The notes under the pieces were generated by a model. That model searched no databases. It worked only from the letters and a program-made list of their open reading frames with translations, and had not been told where the DNA came from. This document shows, piece by piece, positions 1-11,951 of a stretch of DNA of 64,000 bases; positions within the stretch are counted from its first letter, which is position 1; each line of letters opens with the position of its first letter. This DNA is from Schizochytrium sp. TIO01. Lineage: Eukaryota; Protista; Bigyra: Labyrinthulomycetes. Where the stretch lies: assembly GCA_004764695.1 (NCBI GenBank), contig SMSO01000031.1:9712037-9776036 (forward strand). The letters are read 5' to 3'. The position numbers were made by a program, and so were the translations under genes.

Positions 1-424
1 TAGCAATCCCGCCCATCATGATGAGTCTGCGCTCATGCGTTCAGATATGGAACCTTTGTTTGTAAAATACCATGTAGATCTGGTTCTCAGTGGTCATGTT
101 CATGCATATGAGCGTACGACACCAATGCAGTATTTCAAAAGTGCACCATGTGCCCCTACTTATGTAGTAGTGGGCGATGGAGGAAATCGTGAAAAGGCAT
201 CTCTTTTTAATCCTATTCCTGGAATGTCCCCCACTTGGTCTGCTTTCCGGCAATCAAGTTTTGGATTTGCAAGTATGGAGATTTTTGACGCTGTCCACGC
301 TAATTGGACGTGGCATCGAAACCCGCACGACTTTGATCATTTTCCGACGCAGCCCATCACGCCATTTGGATCATTTGTTCGAGAAGACTCGATTTTGATG
401 GACCGTACGGGATGTCGCGATTAA
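1..424 (+). CDS. Purple acid phosphatase / calcineurin-like metallophosphoesterase, 3' end (5' part lies outside the window)
   Basis: VDLVLSGHVHAYER (GHxH metal-binding motif), YVVVGDGGNRE and WSAFRQSSFGF are typical of the PAP C-terminal region. Stop TAA at 422-424. Confidence 0.85.
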   Translation, partial: SNPAHHDESALMRSDMEPLFVKYHVDLVLSGHVHAYERTTPMQYFKSAPCAPTYVVVGDGGNREKASLFNPIPGMSPTWSAFRQSSFGFASMEIFDAVHANWTWHRNPHDFDHFPTQPITPFGSFVREDSILMDRTGCRD

Positions 425-925
425 GTCGTTTATTCAGATGGTAGACCTCCAGGAAGAGGTCTAACACGCCTGCATGTAAATACTTTCACAATTCACAAAG
501 CTCACTCACTGAGGACCGCTGATGACTTTTTAAACTTGGATTTGCCTCTATCAAGAGAGCATTAACATCAAACAAAAAAAAAAAAGGTTTAACAAAAATA
601 GAATTTAAAAAAACAACTTTTCTCATTTCTTTGTTGCAAAGTAATCAGATGCGCAAAGCGAGGAGTAATAGGATGTTCGACAGAGATGCGTCCTGGCTTG
701 ATTTGGTTTTGTTTAATTTTTACATAAAATGGGAGAAAAAAGAAGAGCAGGAAGGACAATTTTTCTATAAAATGAAGACTCGAGATATTCTCCGTCTCCA
801 CGTACCCGCCATTACTCCAAGCAACAACGAGTGCGGAGTCTATAAGATACAAAGTCAAACGATTCAGCGCTAGCAACAAAACATACCATGACGCGTAATT
901 TTTTTCTTCAAAAAGTACCTTTTGT

Positions 926-2206
926 TTATCTCCACTTGTTGCGCATGTCTATATTTGCTGACATAGGTCGCTTGGGAGGTGAAACCTCTTCATTGCACAA
1001 AGTCATGAAATTCGAGGAAGCAATCACCTCCTCCATAGCTCGCTCGCGTTCTTGAGAGTCCTGAGGTAGATTCTCCGGGAGGAGTATGTTGAAGATGTTG
1101 TGCACAAGTGAGTGTTTCAGCGAGCGGTCGCTCTTGGTGGTCGCGGTCAAGGCAGGGGATGCATTCACTTCAATGAGCCAGACCTTGAGGTTTTCGTCGA
1201 TGAGTAGATCATAACCATAACACTCGAAACAATGTTTTTCATTGATGATGACATTTTGAACAGACTTGATAGAATGTAAAATTACACTTTCAAGCTCTTC
1301 GAAGAGCCTTGCGGTCGCATCAGCACCGTACATTGCCTTAAGATACAAACGTAAATTTGCCAGACTCCATTTGCCGCCATGGTGTTCGTTGTAATCCTCA
1401 TTATGTTTTTGCACAGCAACATTAGTCAAATGCACAAAATGATTGTCCCGATCTGCAGCATTTGCAGAGTACTTTTCGTTGCAAAATCGAGCAAAGCCGT
1501 CCTGGTACAAGAAGGCTTTCAAGGGTTTGTACGATGTCACGAGAACATACATGCGTAGGTCAAACTTGCGTCCACCAATGAGCAAAGGTCTTTCAATGTA
1601 CTTTGATATGACATAGACATCTTGCCCATTCCCTTTAGATGCCCATTTCTTAATCTGATGGAGTTTGGTAACCAAAAAAATGCCAATACCACGTGCTTTT
1701 GAAGTTGGTTTCATTATCCACATACTGTTTGGGGCGCGACGAAACTCCTCAAAGAATAGTGAATAGTCGACAGGCAAAACATAGGTAGGCGGGAGAAAAC
1801 CGCAAGCTTGTGAGTTTGCCGCTGGCGATGAGTCTGCTGTGGATGACAATCCGCCTTGCGCTTGTGTTGACAGGAGCTCTTTCCGGTATCGTTTGATGTT
1901 CTTCACCATGAGGTCTTTGCGAGTGAGTTCATAGTGGTTTGGGAAATGGTTTAGCAGTTGTCCGTCACGAAGACGCACATTTGAGTCTGGGCTGAATAGT
2001 TGCTTGACGCTACCCACGTTTGCCCAATAAACGTGCCAGTCCGGGTCCGAGTCTGCACAGCGCTCCCATCCTCGTCGGTCGAAACAGCCCAGCAGGCATT
2101 GCTTGTCAAAGTCCATCTTCCAACGAATCACTCGTGAAGCAGGGGGGATCGCTGCTAAGGAAGCAGAGGTGCCCAAAGCCGGTGCATTGGCTGAGTTTAC
2201 GGTCAT
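926..2206 (-). CDS. TTLL1: Tubulin polyglutamylase TTLL1-like (tubulin-tyrosine ligase family)
   Basis: NHFPNHYELTRKDLMVKNIKRYRKE, WIMKP..ARGIGIFL, KFDLRMYVLVTSY, HLTNVAVQK, CFECYGYDLLID and WLIEVNASP. First ATG at 2206; intronless. Confidence 0.9.
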   Translation of the reverse strand: MTVNSANAPALGTSASLAAIPPASRVIRWKMDFDKQCLLGCFDRRGWERCADSDPDWHVYWANVGSVKQLFSPDSNVRLRDGQLLNHFPNHYELTRKDLMVKNIKRYRKELLSTQAQGGLSSTADSSPAANSQACGFLPPTYVLPVDYSLFFEEFRRAPNSMWIMKPTSKARGIGIFLVTKLHQIKKWASKGNGQDVYVISKYIERPLLIGGRKFDLRMYVLVTSYKPLKAFLYQDGFARFCNEKYSANAADRDNHFVHLTNVAVQKHNEDYNEHHGGKWSLANLRLYLKAMYGADATARLFEELESVILHSIKSVQNVIINEKHCFECYGYDLLIDENLKVWLIEVNASPALTATTKSDRSLKHSLVHNIFNILLPENLPQDSQERERAMEEVIASSNFMTLCNEEVSPPKRPMSANIDMRNKWR

Positions 2207-2595
2207 TCTTCTTTTTACTCTGCACCTCAAGTTCGCGTTCGGCGGCCAAGGTCAAGAGGTATTACTACAGTATTTTTTTCAAAAGTTTTTTTCTTTTATT
2301 TGATTTCTTGGGCTCGTTGAAGGCTTTAACAGTAAACTAGAAAAACGGTTCTTTCACTTTGAGTCACAATTCCTAAACAGGCTTTGAAATTTATAAAAAA
2401 AGATTTTAAAAACATCGGTTCTTTAACCGAGCGAGCTAGCTACTACCTACTATGAAGATTTGGGGAGAATTTTAAAAAGTATAATGAACATGGTGGCCTG
2501 CATGGACTCTTTGCTTAAAGGTTGGATCGACACAACATGCTAAACGGAGGGCAGCTACGACCAAGATGCGGGGAAAAGAGATAAATCTGAAGTTA

Positions 2596-4731
2596 TCATT
2601 CAGCGTCCATAGCTTCAAGATATCGCTCATGAAATTTGAAGTCGCCAGCCTCAAGAGCAAGATCTGCAGCTTGCTCAAAGTGGCTTTGCGATGTGTTGAT
2701 TTCTCCAATAGTACGGAATGCCGCACCTAGTTGCGCGTGGAGTTCGTGCTGTGTAGTTTCCATGCAAAGTTTACGCTCGGCATCAGTTTTGCCATCATCA
2801 AGAGTAAGGGCTTTTTGCATGTAAAAAATAGACAACAAGGTATCATCTTGGGGAACACGTGCCAGGGCCTCAAGGCAAGCCGCGCGAGAACCGGCCATCG
2901 CTGCAGCATGGTACCAGTTCATGACACTAGACGCTGTAGTGTTTGTATGCTCCGCACAAATGATCATTGAGTCCTTGCAACCAGCCAATGCTGCCATCCA
3001 GCGATGAAAGAAAGATGCCTTTGTGGGATCGACACCGTCACAAACAACACGCTCATCGTCTTCATCATAAAGCTTTGCCAAAGCGGCGTGTACTGCAGCC
3101 TCTGCGGTTTCTTTTAGCGGGATGCTACTACGAATGCGCATGGGGCACTCGCCAACGGGAAGATTCTTTGAACAGTCCAAAATGAACTCTGGGACTCCAT
3201 AGGCATCCGTGTCAATGTCTACACCCTGACCAAAAGCAACGTCCTGGGCATCTGGCCCTTCAGAGGGCGAGCTTTGCAGGGAAGCCTGGCGACGCTTAGA
3301 CCATGCTTGACTGACCAAGTATGACTGGCCAGCTTGAAATTTCTCGATTTCATCACGGGAGGCCTCCCCTTGCTCACCTTTCAGAAATGCGAATGGCGTG
3401 TAGCGCATGTACTGCACCACTGGGTTAAGATCAAACCTAAATTTGCGCAAAAAGAGCGCCATGCCACGTGCTCCAAGGTTTCCCTCACCAAAACCTTCTC
3501 CGTCTCTTGTGTGCACTTGTGGATCTGTGTATAGATCATTGATTCCTTGGATATCAACAACCATCATGGCACCAAGTGTTTCACGATAACTAGCGAAACT
3601 AAAGGCATGCGGCGTGTGGCGAAGGGTCACCGTGTCTGTCCAGCCTGCATTCGTGTTCCACTTGTGGTAGCGACCCTGGATAAATGATTCGTAGCCCAAG
3701 CATGGTTTGTTGGGGCGATCGATCAAGCGAATTAGACCGACGTGAAGCATATCGATTTGTTTCGGAGGTGCCGGATCATGAGAGTTGAACGATGCACAGA
3801 GAACTTTGCAGACTTCTTGCATGATTACATCATCCTCGTACACAGAGCGAATGTCATCTTTGCTCGCCATGTAACGCTTGGCCATGAAATTGAGGGAGCC
3901 ACGTCGCCAGCACTCTTCATCCTTGAGTCCTCGCTGGATGAGGGTTCTAAGGTGGATAATGTCATGCTCATGCAGTGCGTGTGCCTCCTCGATGAACGCT
4001 AGCTCCACAAAGCGCTGGCCTTTTTCGTGCACACAATTCATAACCTCACCAACTGTGAGGACTGTTGGATGGTTATAGTTGACAGAGTTGTAGCCCAATT
4101 TTGTACGAACTCGGCAGGCTGTCCGCCTGCCCAAGTTGTGCAGGACTGCACAAATAGATTCTTTGCAGGTTGCAGCCCAGGCATCCATGTCACTGGCCGT
4201 ATAGTCTGCTCCGTAGTGGACATCTTCATCTCCTGAAAGTTGGCGCACAATGCTTTGGATTTTAAGCTCTTGCAAACTCGAGTGAGATTCGTCCGAGTTT
4301 GCTCGTTGTACGCGGTGACTGGCACCAGGGAGTATGATTTTCTTCATGCGGAAACACTCGCGCATGCGGCCTTTGGCAACAGGTGCCTCGGTATTGATCC
4401 GTACAAGCAGCCTGTGTGATCGCCACTGTTTGGAGGCGACATCGTAGACCAGCTCTTCAGCCCTCTCTACAGGGCAAGATTCTACAACATCTGCCCACGG
4501 GTCTTGCACAGATGTTGCCTGGGTTGCAACTTTACGCCAGTTCGCAGTAGCGAGCTTGTACCTGCGAATACCTTCTGCATCCCGCTTGGTGTCCACGTTC
4601 CCAGGTTGCACCTTTTGCTCGAGACTCGTCCCAGACGAATTCGAGGCGCTGCTTAGGGCCACCGAGTTGAGCGCAGACTTTAAGAGGGACGCGCCTCGCC
4701 TTGCCACCTCCGCACGCTCGCTAGAATCCAT
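2596..4731 (-). CDS. Alpha-kinase, eEF2K-like, with C-terminal helical (SEL1/TPR-like) region
   Basis: GRMRECFRMKK, NFMAKRY, FIQGRYHKWNTNAGW, MVVDIQG..DLYTDPQVHT and FGEGNLGARGMALF are alpha-kinase motifs. C-terminal AALAGC/WYHAAAMAG segments resemble SEL1-like repeats. ATG at 4731. Confidence 0.85.
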   Translation of the reverse strand: MDSSERAEVARRGASLLKSALNSVALSSASNSSGTSLEQKVQPGNVDTKRDAEGIRRYKLATANWRKVATQATSVQDPWADVVESCPVERAEELVYDVASKQWRSHRLLVRINTEAPVAKGRMRECFRMKKIILPGASHRVQRANSDESHSSLQELKIQSIVRQLSGDEDVHYGADYTASDMDAWAATCKESICAVLHNLGRRTACRVRTKLGYNSVNYNHPTVLTVGEVMNCVHEKGQRFVELAFIEEAHALHEHDIIHLRTLIQRGLKDEECWRRGSLNFMAKRYMASKDDIRSVYEDDVIMQEVCKVLCASFNSHDPAPPKQIDMLHVGLIRLIDRPNKPCLGYESFIQGRYHKWNTNAGWTDTVTLRHTPHAFSFASYRETLGAMMVVDIQGINDLYTDPQVHTRDGEGFGEGNLGARGMALFLRKFRFDLNPVVQYMRYTPFAFLKGEQGEASRDEIEKFQAGQSYLVSQAWSKRRQASLQSSPSEGPDAQDVAFGQGVDIDTDAYGVPEFILDCSKNLPVGECPMRIRSSIPLKETAEAAVHAALAKLYDEDDERVVCDGVDPTKASFFHRWMAALAGCKDSMIICAEHTNTTASSVMNWYHAAAMAGSRAACLEALARVPQDDTLLSIFYMQKALTLDDGKTDAERKLCMETTQHELHAQLGAAFRTIGEINTSQSHFEQAADLALEAGDFKFHERYLEAMDAE

Positions 4732-7700
4732 CTTCAATCGCTCCGAAATCTGTCAATTAATTCTGACAAACTCGATTTGATCCGTCATTTACTACTACAT
4801 CAAAGCAATGCGCCTGCACCTATTTGTTGGATCTTCTTCGACTCTTCACCATCATTGATACATCATTAGGTGCCATACATTATATTATTCAATGTTATGA
4901 AAATATATCATTATATTGAAGGTTTGCATTCCCGACATTATATAGAGACCATAAATATTGTTATGAATATATTATGGTAGGATCACGTTCTATCTATGTG
5001 ATAATGCTAGACATGGAGTATTCTCTTCTCTTTCAAAAGATTGATACACGGGGTGCGGAATTAGTGAGACTAGGATTTAGTCTCGGACCCGGCGCGGAAC
5101 TTGGGACGCCGTGGCGGGGTATGCTGTGGGCCTGAAAGTAAGCTCTCAGGCTTGCTTGCTTGCAAATATAAGGCTAGAATGTATTGAGGAGTTGGAGTGA
5201 CGGAGTGATCATATTCTGTAGAGCATACAATTATGACGTAATTCACAATTCGTACTACTATGCTTCTTGACACTTGGGAACTTGTACTTGTGGAAAATGC
5301 ATACTTAGCCATCTATCATTGCATCGAGTGCCGCAGGGTAACAGAAAGACCTAATGCTTGGACCCATTAGGTAGTATTAGATAATAATAGGAGTGATGGT
5401 GTCGTCTGTATAAACGAAAGTGACTTATGTAAATTAGTGTTGATTATATGGTCTAAATAAAGCCCACGGATTTTCATATGCTGCTATTTTGCAAAGTTAG
5501 AAAGGGGTTGATTTCAGAAAGTGGGGAACGTTGCCAAGATTGACTGTATGATTATTGTATTTATACATTGAATTGGTCCGATGCTGGGTAGGTCATATCG
5601 TTGGTACTAGTAGTAGATAGGTGGATTCTTTGTTGAGAGGATGTGAGTTTTGCAGCAGATAGTGGGCTTTTACAAATTAGCGAGTATTTCATTTGGAAAT
5701 ACTTCTCAAAAGGGAAATCTTAACATGACATGTCACGCCTAATTGCAAACGCAACTTCGTAGATAGCGATTTAAGCTCTCTACGATTCATTCTTAGACTA
5801 CGAAAGATTCTATGGATTTAACACATGTTTTTCTATGGATTTAACACATGTTTTTCTTAGTAGGACGCGAACAGATCCAATATTGCCACTCACCTTATGC
5901 CAGGATTATCATGATGAAGATAAAGCACGTGCAAAAACTGCAACCAACGAACCGTTCTATAAGTACATTTCGTATCTTTCTCTCAAGTTTTGTGTATGTT
6001 TTTGTATATATAATTTTTAAATAAATGTAATATATAAAGATTATTGATGTAAGCTGTCCTTTTCCTTTTTTTCTTATTTCTTTTTCTATGGAATATGATC
6101 ATGAGAAATTTGTATGCGTGCGAGAAATGATAAAGGTTGAGGTGAACAACTTCACAATACATCGCAAAGCTTGCATTCTAGTTGGCGCTTGGCGCTTGCG
6201 CTATTATGGTACGCAAAAACCGAAGCTTTGTGACAACTAATTCATGAGTATATCAACTATGCGAGGTATTGTAACGAGATTGAATTCATTCAACCGCGAA
6301 TAAAAAAGTATCAAACTCATTTCTGCAATTTTCTTTTTCGAAAACAACCTCGAAAAAATGGAACCTATTCCCAGTGTTACACTTTCGAAAGAAAAAATAT
6401 CTTTCTTTCTTTTAATTTAAATAGTCGTAGCAAAGTGAAGTGGGTCGTGTCACAAAGATCAAGTGCTGTTGTGGTCTCAATATAACGCTGACTTTATAAT
6501 GTGCAGCCGACAATGGAAGGGGGATTGTAAATATAAGCAGAAATTAGTGCTGGCCTTTGTGTTTCTGTCTGCCTTTGGAAGCGAAGCGAAGAGAAAGCTA
6601 TTGGATATCTATTTATTATTTCATATATATAAATCAAAATAACAGGTGCTACGATGAAAGAAGGGCGTGTGCTCAAATAGTTTTTAAGATTGATTGCCCA
6701 ATTGAAGTCTTTTTCTTTTTTTTTTAAATATATTCAGTTTTTTGCGCAATCTTTATCGCAGTTTCCTAGTGCTTCAATGCTTGATCGTAAACAACCCTCA
6801 AGGAAGCGACGCATCTGCGCTCTATTGCCCCGTATGCACATTTGTAACTTGAAGCAGCGAAGATTTCAAGCAGAGATCGCTTGCAAATTATATTGAACTC
6901 GATTGCTAGGGGGTGGTTCCATTCCAGTTTCATGGAGGGGCTAAGGAATCACGTGGCCTGCACTACACTCTCAATTTCAAGTTTTTTTCTCGCTGTTGCT
7001 GCTACTGCTACTGCTGCTGCTGTCACTGTCAAGTTACAGGTTGCGCTCCTGACTGCCAAGATATTACGACGCTCAGGCCGGAGTTTGGTAGTACCATTTT
7101 GAGCGCTAAGATTCCCCATTATTCTTATTCTATAGCGCAGTTAACAGTTGCACTAAGAGTGTTATAACGAGCCATTATGATGATGCCACGAGAGGTTTTT
7201 ACCTTCACTGCTACCGTTTCGACTATACATGGGCTACTGAAGTATTAAGCGCAGGCTGACTAGACGGTGAGAAAGGCCTTTCTGCAAGCACCTTCGGGTC
7301 CGAGCACCATGAAGCTCGCTGAGCAGCCTGCGATTTCGGGTTCTGGCAGGTCCCTGTGCTCTGGTTCCCACTCTGCGGCGCAGCCTGCGTAGGTCGCCGC
7401 ACCCAGGGCGACTTTTCGCACCAAGCTGTCAAACCAGCAAAGCGCCCAGCGAAGCGCAACGGAGCCTTGACTGTCTGTGCCTTCCTCGGCTCTTTCGGTT
7501 CCAGGAGGGTGCTACGGCCTGCAAATGTAGCACTTTTCGGAATCCTCTTAATCTTTCAATGAGAAGCATTCTTCTAACTTTTAAATTATTTATTATTATT
7601 ATTATTTTTAAATAGTGTTTTTTAGTGACGCATCATTTCTACCAAGAGATGGAGAATTAATTAATTCTTGGGAAACCGGTCTTCATAGGACACCCTTAGG

Positions 7701-8217
7701 CTTAAATAGGCCCCGACTTTGCGGCATTCTTTTGCGTGTGCTTGTGAAGTTATTAAGGAGCGAGCTAGAGGGTGAGTTGGTGGTAGGACCTGCTATAGGC
7801 TATATACCACCTACTTCCTCCATGACACGGTGAGAGATTCCTTCTTTGGGTAAGTTGAAACATTATTATTATTGTTCTAACCAAAATAAAAATTGGTTTC
7901 GAAGTTGAGGTTTCTCTGAATTACTAGGTAGTATGTATTTATAGCTAGGAATTTCTTTGTTTAAAATATGTATATTTGATTAGTTTATAGAGCTACTAAG
8001 TCGAAAGTAGAGCAGAGCTATATTATAATGAATGCATTTGCATTTGGTTGGTGAGATTTACTTTCTCGAAGCTATTTAATTAAAATACTACTATGGAGGG
8101 GTTCTGAAGAAGTACTCATGAAAGTGAGATATGCTTTGACTTGACCCAACTCAATCATCACAAGCATAGATAGGAATGTGAGAATGCGTATTGCTAAATC
8201 ATACCTAATTTGTTCAA

Positions 8218-8290
8218 GATTGCTCAAGGCCTCTTTGATTGTTCAAGGCCTCCTCGATTGCTCGAGGTCTCTTCGATTGCTCAAGGTCTC
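8218..8290. repeat. Short tandem repeat, ~19-bp unit x4 (gattgctcaaggyctcyty)
   Basis: Four consecutive imperfect copies with no spacers. Confidence 0.7.
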
Positions 8291-11200
8291 TGATAAGGTT
8301 TCTTCTGTTTCACTGGATAGGTACTTTCTAGACGAGCGTGTGAGTGAGTATGTGAGAGAATGGGTGAGCGAGCGAAGTTTAATTCTATGGCATTGTGTGC
8401 TTTGTTTGCGCGTGAGCGAGCTGGAGTTACACTTGCTCGGACATGGCAGCGGTGGAAGGGAGCCAAGCTCAAGTTCCCACGTTGTCGTAGATGCGTTGCG
8501 TCAAGAGGAGGTTGGAGTTCTTTGTGGCCCGTCAAAATTCCCTTGGTGCTGCAGACTCGCGGGTGGACTTCAGCGCGAAGAGCATTTATATAGGTAGGTA
8601 CTACCTGCTACGTATTACAATTTACAAAATTTACATAGTAGAGTAATAGAAGGGTCATGGCACCAGAACTGGGAGTGTTATTCAATTCTAATCGTGTTGT
8701 ATCGTAGAACTTGTTAAAGAGTTTGAGCAGAGAGCTTTTCAACTCTAGCTAGTAACCTTCAGGTTGTCATCACAAGCAGCAACAGCAGTAGCACGAATAC
8801 TGAGGTTTGCTGGCTTCAAGTTTGTCGCATTCCGCATTTTAATTTTTTTATTATTAATTAAAAAATTAAAATAAGAATGCCTAGCTAGACAAGAAAAAAA
8901 TCGACCAAATACAAAGACAATGACCATAGACCAGGATGGTAAGAAACCTTCACTGCTATTATCACCGAGGTGTTGCTGCTATTGTCACAGCAGAGAATAT
9001 GCGATGAACTCCGAAGACGCTGTGTTTGCCGCTGTCCGCCAACTGTCTTCTTCTGGGCTCCAAAGCGGCGGTTGAGTTCTCTTGAGCTGGAAAAGAACTT
9101 GAATCGATGTGCTAGCTTTAATGAGTCAGTAACTAGGTAGTACTAGTGGTACTCAGTCCATTTCAATTCGCAAATTATCAAGGTGTCACTGTAGTCGAAC
9201 CATCCCTCGTTTATGACTATGGATCATGGTTTCGTGGTTTCATCTTTCGCTCTGCGGCGACGACCACGTGGAGGGAGTTGCACCTACGAAGCTGAGCACG
9301 CACCTTCAAAGTATTAACTACCACGAAGAGATTGACGGAGAAGGTTGGCGACCTTTTGGTTCAACTTGTGTGCCGTTCTTTCATTAATGAAAGTGGTGGT
9401 AGCACGCAAACACTGCACTGCTACTGCTGGCTATGCACTCTTAGCAACATTAAAAACAAAACAAAAACTTTTTCAGTAGGTAGGTACGTAAGTACCTACC
9501 TACTGAGCTCTCTATATTGGCGCTCAGCGAAGAAAATGCTGCACGGAGTCGAGAAAAGTTGCAGGAAACATGAAAAGCTCGAGCTGGAGGTACCGTGGTC
9601 GCAGCGAGCGAGCGAGCAACCAGGCAGGCGAACGGCCATGACAACGGAAAGGGAGCCTTCCTTGCAGGTACCTACTTTCCGTAATAAAAACAAAAAACAA
9701 AAAACAAAAAAACAAAATAAGCTTTTCCAAAGCTTTGGCAAATTATATTTTTGTTTTTACTTTTACCAACTGTACCTGCCGTGATAATGGAAATAAAATT
9801 GTTCTGAGTCTTTAAAGAGGTTTTTCTTCCAGGGAGGCGAATAAACAGCACCTGATTATTATTCTTATAATTTATTCCCTATCATTAACTTGGAATCGCA
9901 AACTCATAGTTGAAAGGACTCGGAGATAGAAACCCACCAACATTAGCGAATGAGATCAGTGCTCACGGTTCTCAAGAAGCGAATGAACTTATTTTATTGG
10001 CCAGAGGCTTCCCATTGATGAAAACACCACCGTGGGGTGAACGACTTTCTCTTCAAGTTGATGCAAGCGGCTGAGCACTGCGTTTTGTTGCGCTTGCTTG
10101 CCGGTACGATAGGCCGTTTGTTGAGCGGTGCTTGCTTGTTTGTTTGTTTGTTTGCTTGTAGCTTGCTTGCTTGTTGGTTCTTCGACTCTCTGCTTTCCCG
10201 GCATAGCTACTTCGCACAAAGGTACCGCCTTCGTAAGAATACAGCTATGTATCTCTTATACAATATATATTATGTTACTTGTCAAAAGTTTCTCTGGCAG
10301 CTGGAAGAGAGAAGCGGTAGTAGTAGCAGCATTGGCACAAGAATGTTGAAGTTCTTGTGTTGTCGAAGTTTGTTGACGCACTGCCACCCTCAGCTCAGAC
10401 TGAATTGGACTCGCGAAGAGGTTTGAGAACGATGAATCTTGGCGTTGGGGCTTTTGCCTGCCTCACATGCCCAGGTCTTCGAGGTTGCTCGCGAGTCACG
10501 ACTCTACGGGTGTGACTGAACTCCTCGCGCAGCGTCTTGCACAATTCAAGGGCTGGCTAGCTATAGTTAGGTAGCTGTATTAGCTAGCGATTTAGCAGCC
10601 AAGTCCGAATCCACGGTTGCCATGGCTTGGCGATTTTGTAGTTTCTTGTGCTTTTTGCTGGTTTAACCAAACTGCTTCTTCGACGCTCGCCATAACGTAC
10701 TCTTGATTGATCAACCAATACATCAATCAATACATCAGTGTCGGCCTTTGTTCGAGTTCCTACCGCGAGCCATAGATCTAACCCGGATTGAGCTCGGGCT
10801 TGGCCTCTTGACGGCAATATTGTCCTTCTCTTGGATGCGAACTAGGATTAGTAGGCGTACTGTTTTTGTTTTCCTGAGTTCTATAAGAGCTGAGAAATCG
10901 ATTGTTTGCTTTCAACTCGAGTCGTGCCACTTTTGGCAGGACGGCCCATTTATGCATAAAGTGCATGCTAGTCGGAGCGCTAGTGCAAAGCCTAACAGTG
11001 CCCAGGATGGAGGAATCAGTCGAAAGAAAGAAAGAAAGACAAACTTCAAAGTCGGAAGCGAAAGGCTCAGTTCTCACTGATTAGACCAAAGCACTGGACA
11101 GTTCTATCGTCACTCGAGGACCTGTGTGTGTCTTTTCATACTACTGGACGCCTCGGAGATAACGTTCATGTGTAGCACCCGCAAAGCAGCACGCTAGAAA

Positions 11201-11951
11201 GCATGTAAACAGGACATCACTAGTGTGCTACTATCCCTTGAATGTGAAGAGCCTGCATTGTCTGGAGCAATGAAAATAATGCAGAAGAGCATATTTTGTA
11301 CCTTCTCTGAGTCGTTGCTTACCTTTTAAAGTTACTTTATTTATATTTTAATCATCTCTATATGTAATAATTTTTAATTATAAGTAAACGATCATACTGA
11401 TTTACGTAAATAGTAGGTAGTAATAAGGATGATGAATATAAAAATAAATAAAAATAAAAAAATATTTTTTTTTCTCTAACTTTACTTGCTAGCTAGACCA
11501 TACAGAAATGTCTCAAGACTTTCGAAGATGAGAGGAATACCCTAATACTCTTCGTGTTTACCACTGACTGCGATGTTCTGAATAGCGCTAGGTAAGAATT
11601 CTACGTTCTTGAAAAGAACTGGCAAATGCTGCAAGTAGTAATAAGAGGAGGGAGAGAAAGGAAAAAAGAAAAAGAAAAAAAGGGAAAAAGGAAAAAGGAA
11701 AAGAAAAGAAAAAAGTGATTCTTTGATTCAACATTAAATCGATTGATCAATCAGTCAGACAGTCAATCAATCAATTAATCGGTCGATCAAATTTTGAATT
11801 GCTCGATTGAGCGGGCGGCGCCTTTGCAGGTGCTCGTCTTGGCACTCGGTGGAGGTCCTTCCCGTGCTCGCCCTTTGGTAGGGTACCGAGAGCACGCAGG
11901 TCGCGACCACGCTTCGTGTTGGCAAGTGGCCCTCCTTTAAAAACTGGAAAG

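Noticed and set aside
5809-5857. 25-bp direct duplication (and a 17-bp duplication at ~36229-36271)
   Set aside because: Simple local slippage duplications, with no associated element or target-site structure.
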